Below are positions 36,834-42,096 of a stretch of DNA of 42,096 nucleotides, piece by piece. The notes under the pieces were generated by a model. It was not told the DNA's origin. It was given only the letters and a program-made list of their open reading frames with translations, and searched no databases. Every line of letters starts with the position of its first letter. Position 1 is the first letter of the stretch. Made by a program: the position numbers and the translations under genes. The DNA comes from an uncultured archaeon (GTDB lineage Archaea; Hadarchaeota; Hadarchaeia; Hadarchaeales; WYZ-LMO6), in NCBI GenBank assembly GCA_938074535.1, contig CALJER010000043.1, forward strand, positions 1 to 42,096. Direction: 5' to 3'.

Positions 36834-37622
36834 GCCGAAGGCAGGCTCGCACCTCACCCCCTTCTCCCTGCACACCCTCTCTATCCTCTCCCTTTCCTCC
36901 TTCCAGGCCCTGGAGCGGAGGGAGGGCGAGAGAAGGATCCCCAGGGTTTCTGGGGAGAGCTCCTCCAGGGTCTCCCTCAGCCTCCCCATCACCCCCCTCT
37001 TCAGGTTCAGCCTGTCGTAGATCAGCAGGCTCCGGGTGGAGGCTGCCACCTCCACCACCTCCCTTATCTTCTCCTCCGAGTCGGTCAGGGAGGGAAGGAG
37101 GGGACCGAGGAAAAGCCAGGTGCTGATCCCCCTGGAGGAAAATTCCTCGAGCACCCTCGCTCTCCTGCGAGGGGTGCTGGCTCCTGGCTCCAGCGCCCTG
37201 GCGATTCCCTCGTCCAGCGTGGTGATGGTCACCCCCACCTCGGAGTTTCCCCCTGAAAGAAGCTCGAGGTCCCTGAGGATGAGGTCGGACTTGGTCTGGA
37301 CGCACACCGGGAAGCCCTCTTCAAGCAGGATGCGTATGCACTCCCTCGTGAGTCCGAACCTGGCCTCGGGGGGCTGGTAGGGATCGGTCACCGTCCCCAC
37401 CCCCACCGTCTTCCTCGGTTTTTTCCTCACCTCCTCCTTCAGCACCTCGGGGGCGTTGATCTTCACGTCCACGAACCTCCCCCAGGGCCTGGTCTCCCTC
37501 AAAAAAGATGGGGAGTAACAGTAGAGGCAGCCGTGCAGGCAGCCCCGGTAGGGGTTGAGGGAGTAGTGGAGCCCGGGCAGGCTGGTCCTGCACAGCAGGC
37601 TCCTGCTCCTGACCTCCCTCAC
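36825..37622 (-). CDS. Radical SAM protein, SplB/Rv2578c-like
   Basis: LNPYRGCLHGCLYCY, TDPYQPPE, QTKS, LEP. Confidence 0.9.
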   Translation of the reverse strand: MREVRSRSLLCRTSLPGLHYSLNPYRGCLHGCLYCYSPSFLRETRPWGRFVDVKINAPEVLKEEVRKKPRKTVGVGTVTDPYQPPEARFGLTRECIRILLEEGFPVCVQTKSDLILRDLELLSGGNSEVGVTITTLDEGIARALEPGASTPRRRARVLEEFSSRGISTWLFLGPLLPSLTDSEEKIREVVEVAASTRSLLIYDRLNLKRGVMGRLRETLEELSPETLGILLSPSLRSRAWKEERERIERVCREKGVRCEPAFGSS

Positions 37623-37623
37623 C

Positions 37624-38955
37624 TCAAGCCCCTTTCCGCGCTGCGTGCTCCCCCCTCCAGAACTCCGTGAGCTTCCTCTGGAAGAGGCATCGCCTGAGAA
37701 GACCGCTGTGTTTCACCCACTCCTCCAGGGGAACGGTGAGCTTGGTTCGGGCGCGGGCCAGGGCCTCCTCCAGGGTCTCGAACTTCTCCGGTTCCCCCCT
37801 GAGCATCTTCCTCACGCACTCCCTCACGAACCAGACCCCCAGGGGGAGGAGGAAGCCTGGGTGGATTTCCCTCAGGACCACGGCCGAGGCCTGCCTTCCC
37901 TCCTCCACCAGCCTCTCCGCCACCGCCAGCCTGCAGGCGTAGTAGCACCCCCCTATCTCCGGGTAGCCCCTTCTCCCTTGGTAGGGCTCCCAGTCTCCCA
38001 TCACGGCCGGTGAAGCGGCCCCCGCTGGGTTCCAGGTGGTCCCCGGGAACCAGCTCTCGATCCAGTCGAAGCTCCACTTCTCGGGCATGAGGATGGCCAG
38101 GAAGAGGTTGCCGTGGTGTCGGAGAGAATAAACGCGGTACTCGTCCAAGGTGTCGAAGTCCTTGAGCCTCTCTACCAGCTCCTGGGAGAGGATGGCATCC
38201 ACGGCCGTGATGCTCCACCTAGTGGGGACCAGCCTCCTGCGGTCCCTCAGGCCGAAGACACCCACGCTGAAGGCCCTCTGGATCCTGCTCACCGGCACAC
38301 CTTCCCGGTAGAGCTCCACCACCGCCTCCTGCGCCTTCAGGTCCCCGTCGTGGAAGGCCCGCTCCATCCTCTCATCCGTCCTCACCTGGGAAACCCTCAT
38401 CTCCCGCAGAGGGGCGGAAGGCCCCATCGGCGGTACTTCTTCCCCCAGGGTGAGGAAGCCGGAGGGCTTCTTGCTCAGAAAGACCTCAGCCTCCACCGGT
38501 TGCTTCCCCATGGCCATCTCCTGGAGCATCTCCACGAACCTGCCCCCCTCCCTGGCGGCCTCCACCCTCTCCCTCCTCTTTCCCCTCACAAGCGAGGACC
38601 GGAAGCCCACGATTTCTTCCACGCTCCTCTCCACCCAGCTCTCCGGCGCGTCCAGGAGGCTCGTATCCCCCAGGTAGGGTGGCAGCATGGGACCCGCGTA
38701 CACCCTGGGATACCCCAGCCTTCCCACGAAGACGGAGGGAGGGGAGGAACCCCACACCCTTGAAGAAAGCCCCCTTCCCACCCTGGCCAGCGCTTCAGCC
38801 CTGAGCAGAACGGGGCACCTCGCCTTGCCGCACAGGCCCCTTCCCCTGCAGGAGAGGCAGAGGTGTCCCGACCTCCTGAAACGCAGGCCGGTTATGCCCT
38901 CCAGGAGGGAGGGGGGCAGCACTTCCCTCAGCCAGTGCGCATCCTCGGGTCTCAA
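37624..38955 (-). CDS. nreA: Nre-family DNA repair protein (DUF650/DUF651)
   Basis: N-terminal Cys cluster, SPPSVFVGR.GYP, LVPTRWSITAVD, GGCYYA, PLGVW, C-terminal PIP QRKLTEFW. Confidence 0.92.
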   Translation of the reverse strand: MRPEDAHWLREVLPPSLLEGITGLRFRRSGHLCLSCRGRGLCGKARCPVLLRAEALARVGRGLSSRVWGSSPPSVFVGRLGYPRVYAGPMLPPYLGDTSLLDAPESWVERSVEEIVGFRSSLVRGKRRERVEAAREGGRFVEMLQEMAMGKQPVEAEVFLSKKPSGFLTLGEEVPPMGPSAPLREMRVSQVRTDERMERAFHDGDLKAQEAVVELYREGVPVSRIQRAFSVGVFGLRDRRRLVPTRWSITAVDAILSQELVERLKDFDTLDEYRVYSLRHHGNLFLAILMPEKWSFDWIESWFPGTTWNPAGAASPAVMGDWEPYQGRRGYPEIGGCYYACRLAVAERLVEEGRQASAVVLREIHPGFLLPLGVWFVRECVRKMLRGEPEKFETLEEALARARTKLTVPLEEWVKHSGLLRRCLFQRKLTEFWRGEHAARKGA

Positions 38956-38959
38956 GGGC

Positions 38960-39622
38960 TCACAGATGGCTCAGGGCTATATACCGGATGAGATCGCTCA
39001 CGTCCTCGCACCGGTCGGCCACTTCCTCCAGGTTGTCCGCAATTTCCTTCAGCAGGAGGGAGGAACCCACGTTTTTGTTAGTTTTTTGCCATTCCAGCAC
39101 TTTGGGTACGAGCTTTTCCCCCCTGAAGTCGTCTATCTCCTCCTCTATCCTCTCCACCTCGTGGGAGACCCTGATGGCGGAGGAGGGGGTTCGGGTGAGG
39201 GCAAGGAAGTCCTTGTACATGGTTTTGGAAATCTCCACCACCTTGGAGGAGAAGTGCGAGAGGAGCTTCCTCAGGTCCTTGGGCAGCTCCTTCGGGTCGA
39301 GGAAGGTGAGCTTCCTGATAGCCGCCTTGGCGTTGGAGGCCACATCATCCGCCGTCATCACCAGCCTGACGATCTCGTCCCTGTTCATGGGCTGGAAGAG
39401 CTTCTTGGCCAGGTCTTCCAGGACCTCCTTTTTGATTTTGTCAGCCTCTCTCTCCCTCTCAAAGGTTCTTCGGAAGGCCTTCTCCACCTCTTTCCCGTCC
39501 TTCAGGGAGCAGGCTGCCTGGAAGCCCCGGTCCATCTCCACCACCGTCTCCACCACCTTCTTCATGTGGCCATCGCACCTCCTCAGCACTTCCGTCTCCC
39601 GCCCCCTTCCTATCCAGAGCAT
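38960..39622 (-). CDS. DUF47 PhoU-like phosphate transport regulator
   Basis: EREADKIK, PMNRDE, IEEEIDD, LEEVADRCED; downstream of the PiT gene. Confidence 0.88.
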   Translation of the reverse strand: MLWIGRGRETEVLRRCDGHMKKVVETVVEMDRGFQAACSLKDGKEVEKAFRRTFEREREADKIKKEVLEDLAKKLFQPMNRDEIVRLVMTADDVASNAKAAIRKLTFLDPKELPKDLRKLLSHFSSKVVEISKTMYKDFLALTRTPSSAIRVSHEVERIEEEIDDFRGEKLVPKVLEWQKTNKNVGSSLLLKEIADNLEEVADRCEDVSDLIRYIALSHL

Positions 39623-39636
39623 GGGACCTCCTCCCC

Positions 39637-40830
39637 TCATCCCGTTATCACCCCGGCCAATCTAAATAAAACGGCACTTAATAAAGCCGCGCAGGGAATG
39701 GTGAGGACCCAGAAGAGAAGGATTTTAGCAACCGTTTTTCGGTCCACGCCCCCCATTCCCCCGCTGGCTATTCCCACTCCCACTACGGTTCCTATGTTGC
39801 TGATGGAGGTGGAAACGGGTATGCCGTACTTCCAGAGGAGGGCCGGAACGGTGGTGAACACGAGGACGGTGAAAGCCTGCGAGTACTCGGCGGCCAGCCC
39901 GGTGAGGGGGTTGAGCTTCGTCACCCTGTAAGCGGCCGTGTCGATTACCTTGGGCCCCCAGGTGAAGGCTCCCAGGGCGATCCCTACCGCCCCCATCACC
40001 GAGAGCAGCAGCATGGCGGGAGGGGAGGGGAGGCCTACCACGCGCTCGGTGGGGGTGATGAACACCCCCGTGGCGTTGGCCATGTCGTTGGCCCCGAAGG
40101 CGAAGGCACTGAGGAAGTGGACTAGGATCAGGAGCTTCGAGGACAGCTCCGCTCCCTCCGCCTTTCTCACCCAGAGAAGGAGAGCCGAGAGGCAGAGGAA
40201 GGAGCAGAGGAGGGTGTAGAGGAGGGAGCTCTCCCCTCCCCACTTCAGGATCCCGAAGAAGAGGGAGAAGAACAGGGTCAGGAAGAGGGGAAGGTAGAGG
40301 GAGAAGGAGAGGAAAAGATTGGAGACCACCCTCCTGCGCCTTTCAAAGTACTTCCTGAGGAGGAAGAAGAGGCCGGCCGCCAGCCCCATGGCTACCAGGG
40401 GGGAAAGCGGAATGCTCAAAAGGGCCTTTCTGGCGGTCCCCCAGCGGACGGGAGCACCCGTGGCGAGCGCGAAGCCCAGCACTCCGCCCATCACGGAGTG
40501 GGTGGTGGAAACGGGCATCCCCATCCAGGTGCTGAAGGTTATCCACAGACACCCGGCCAGCGCAGCGCACAGGCTTCCCAGCACCAGCGTCATGGTTTCG
40601 AACTGCTCCCTCCTGATCAGCCCCCGGTCGAGGGTTTTCATCACGAAGGGTCCAAAGAGGATCCCTCCAAGGGCGGCGAAGAGCACAAAGGTGTAGATGG
40701 CTTTTCTGGTGGGGTAGACACCCGCCCCCACCACGCAGTTGCAGGGATTGGCGGCGTCGTTGGCTCCCAGGCCCCAGGCCATATAAAAGGCCAGGGCCAG
40801 ACTGGCTCCGTAGAGCGGGAGCTCGAGCAT
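39637..40830 (-). CDS. pit: Inorganic phosphate transporter, PiT family
   Basis: Two GAND motifs and two PVST motifs; ATG at 40830. Confidence 0.93.
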   Translation of the reverse strand: MLELPLYGASLALAFYMAWGLGANDAANPCNCVVGAGVYPTRKAIYTFVLFAALGGILFGPFVMKTLDRGLIRREQFETMTLVLGSLCAALAGCLWITFSTWMGMPVSTTHSVMGGVLGFALATGAPVRWGTARKALLSIPLSPLVAMGLAAGLFFLLRKYFERRRRVVSNLFLSFSLYLPLFLTLFFSLFFGILKWGGESSLLYTLLCSFLCLSALLLWVRKAEGAELSSKLLILVHFLSAFAFGANDMANATGVFITPTERVVGLPSPPAMLLLSVMGAVGIALGAFTWGPKVIDTAAYRVTKLNPLTGLAAEYSQAFTVLVFTTVPALLWKYGIPVSTSISNIGTVVGVGIASGGMGGVDRKTVAKILLFWVLTIPCAALLSAVLFRLAGVITG

Positions 40831-40878
40831 TCTCCCTTTCTTTTCCCCTGCCTTATATAGCTTTCCCCAAATTTTATA

Positions 40879-40896
40879 TATTTCTAAATAGAAATA
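40879..40896. promoter_or_regulatory. Palindromic operator in the pit/phoU divergent promoter
   Basis: TATTTCTA-AA-TAGAAATA, perfect 8-bp arms overlapping the TATA region. Confidence 0.55.
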
Positions 40897-40905
40897 CGAG
40901 AAGAT

Positions 40906-41931
40906 ATGGAGAAGCGTAAGCTCCAGCTCACAGGGGGGTCCACCTACATCCTTTCCCTGCCGAAGAAGTGGGTCGTGGAGATGGGGCTGAAGGAGGGGGA
41001 CGAGGTGGAGATGGAGAAGAGGGGAGATGGCTCCCTGGTCGTGTTCCTTTCCCCGAAGAGGGGGGAAAGGAAGAACGAGGTGGTCCTGAAGGTTCACCCC
41101 GGGGATAACCCCTACTCCCTGGCCAGGAGGGTGGTTTCCCTCTATCTGGTGGGATGCAACGTGATAAGGCTGAGGGCCGGAGAGGGGAGGATCTCCACGG
41201 CCCAGAGGGAGGTGCTGAGGAGTTTCGTGAGGACGAAGCTGGTGGGGACGGAGATAACCACGGACCTGCCGGGTGAGATGGTCCTGCAGGTCCTCATGAG
41301 CTACCCCGAGCTTTCCGTGAAGGATGCCCTGAGGAGGATGTACCTCATCGCCATGAGCATGAGGGAGGATGCGATGTTGGCCCTGGAAAGCTCCAAAGCA
41401 GAGCTGGCCAGGGACGTGGTGGCCAGGGACGACGAGGTGGACAGGTTCGGGATGTACATCATAAGGCAGCTGAAGTCGGCCGTGGAGGACCCCAGGCTCA
41501 TAAGGGAAATAGGGCTTGAAAGCGGGAGGGATTGCCTGGGTTACAGGATCATCACCAAAATGGTGGAGAGGGTCTCGGATCACCTCGTTCTCTTGGCCCA
41601 GAACACGCTCCAGCTCAAGGGGAGGGTGCCGGGCGAGGTGCTGAGGCGGATGAAGGAGATGGAGGGATTGGTCTTCTCGGTCTTCCAGGATGCCGTGAGC
41701 TCCCTTTTCGAGGAGGACTACGCTAAGGCCGAAAGGGTAATGGAGAGGAGGGAAGAAATCCTGAAGACGGAGGAGAGGGCGATAAGGGAGGCCCTCAGGA
41801 GGGTCTCGGGGGAAGACCTGCTTGCCCTCCGGCTCATGATCGAGAGCCTGCGGAGGATAGGGGAGTACGGAAGCGACATAGCCGAGATCGTTCTCAATCT
41901 GAACGCCTTCAAGATGGCGGAGGAGCGCTGA
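40906..41931 (+). CDS. phoU: AbrB-PhoU phosphate uptake regulator
   Basis: RKLQLTGGSTYILSLPKKW AbrB domain plus two PhoU repeats (DDEVDR, ERVSDH, RRIGEYGSDIAE). Confidence 0.9.
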   Translation: MEKRKLQLTGGSTYILSLPKKWVVEMGLKEGDEVEMEKRGDGSLVVFLSPKRGERKNEVVLKVHPGDNPYSLARRVVSLYLVGCNVIRLRAGEGRISTAQREVLRSFVRTKLVGTEITTDLPGEMVLQVLMSYPELSVKDALRRMYLIAMSMREDAMLALESSKAELARDVVARDDEVDRFGMYIIRQLKSAVEDPRLIREIGLESGRDCLGYRIITKMVERVSDHLVLLAQNTLQLKGRVPGEVLRRMKEMEGLVFSVFQDAVSSLFEEDYAKAERVMERREEILKTEERAIREALRRVSGEDLLALRLMIESLRRIGEYGSDIAEIVLNLNAFKMAEER

Positions 41932-41932
41932 G

Positions 41933-42096
41933 TTGAGAGAGGACTACGACTTGGAGGAGGAGAGGGTAAGGAGGTTTCTCAGGTCGCGCAGGGTGAGGAG
42001 AGTAGCGGTTCAGCTCCCGGAGGGGCTCCGCAGGTACTCGGGGAGGATAGGGGGTCTGCTGGAGGAGGAAGGGGTGGAGGCGGTCTTCTTGGGGGG
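41933..42096 (+). CDS. dph2: Diphthamide synthesis protein Dph2, 3'-truncated
   Basis: Hand-translated from TTG: YDLEEERV...VAVQLPEGL. Confidence 0.8.
   Translation, partial: MREDYDLEEERVRRFLRSRRVRRVAVQLPEGLRRYSGRIGGLLEEEGVEAVFLG

Noticed and set aside
40831-41583. N-terminal extension of the 648-aa PiT ORF
   Set aside because: Antisense to phoU; the transporter starts at ATG 40830

Overview
GC-rich, purine-biased archaeal chromosomal segment, probably from a thermophile. Gene order (eno-rps2-Memo-ipk-fni-rnj-idsA-gltX; cdc6-DP1-DP2) is Euryarchaeota-like, possibly Hadarchaeota or a relative; this is inference only. It carries isoprenoid and translation operons, Thr/Gly synthesis genes, four tRNAs (one with an intron at the non-canonical position 28/29), a compact replisome operon (mcm-gins-cdc6-DP1-HAD-DP2), and repair and phosphate-uptake genes. 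The strongest unexplained signal is at 16.0-18.1 kb. Two near-identical 21-bp origin recognition boxes (ORBs) in inverted orientation bracket a small single-motif LAGLIDADG gene whose catalytic acidic residue is replaced by Lys. This gene lies directly upstream of a eukaryote-type topoisomerase IB, about 5 kb from the replisome operon. Other finds: a 51-aa C2H2 zinc-finger ORF missing from the ORF track, a candidate K-turn/ACA small RNA, likely non-canonical start codons, a frameshifted surface-protein gene, and loss of mevalonate kinase from its usual cluster. All calls come from motif recognition by eye; no database searches were run.
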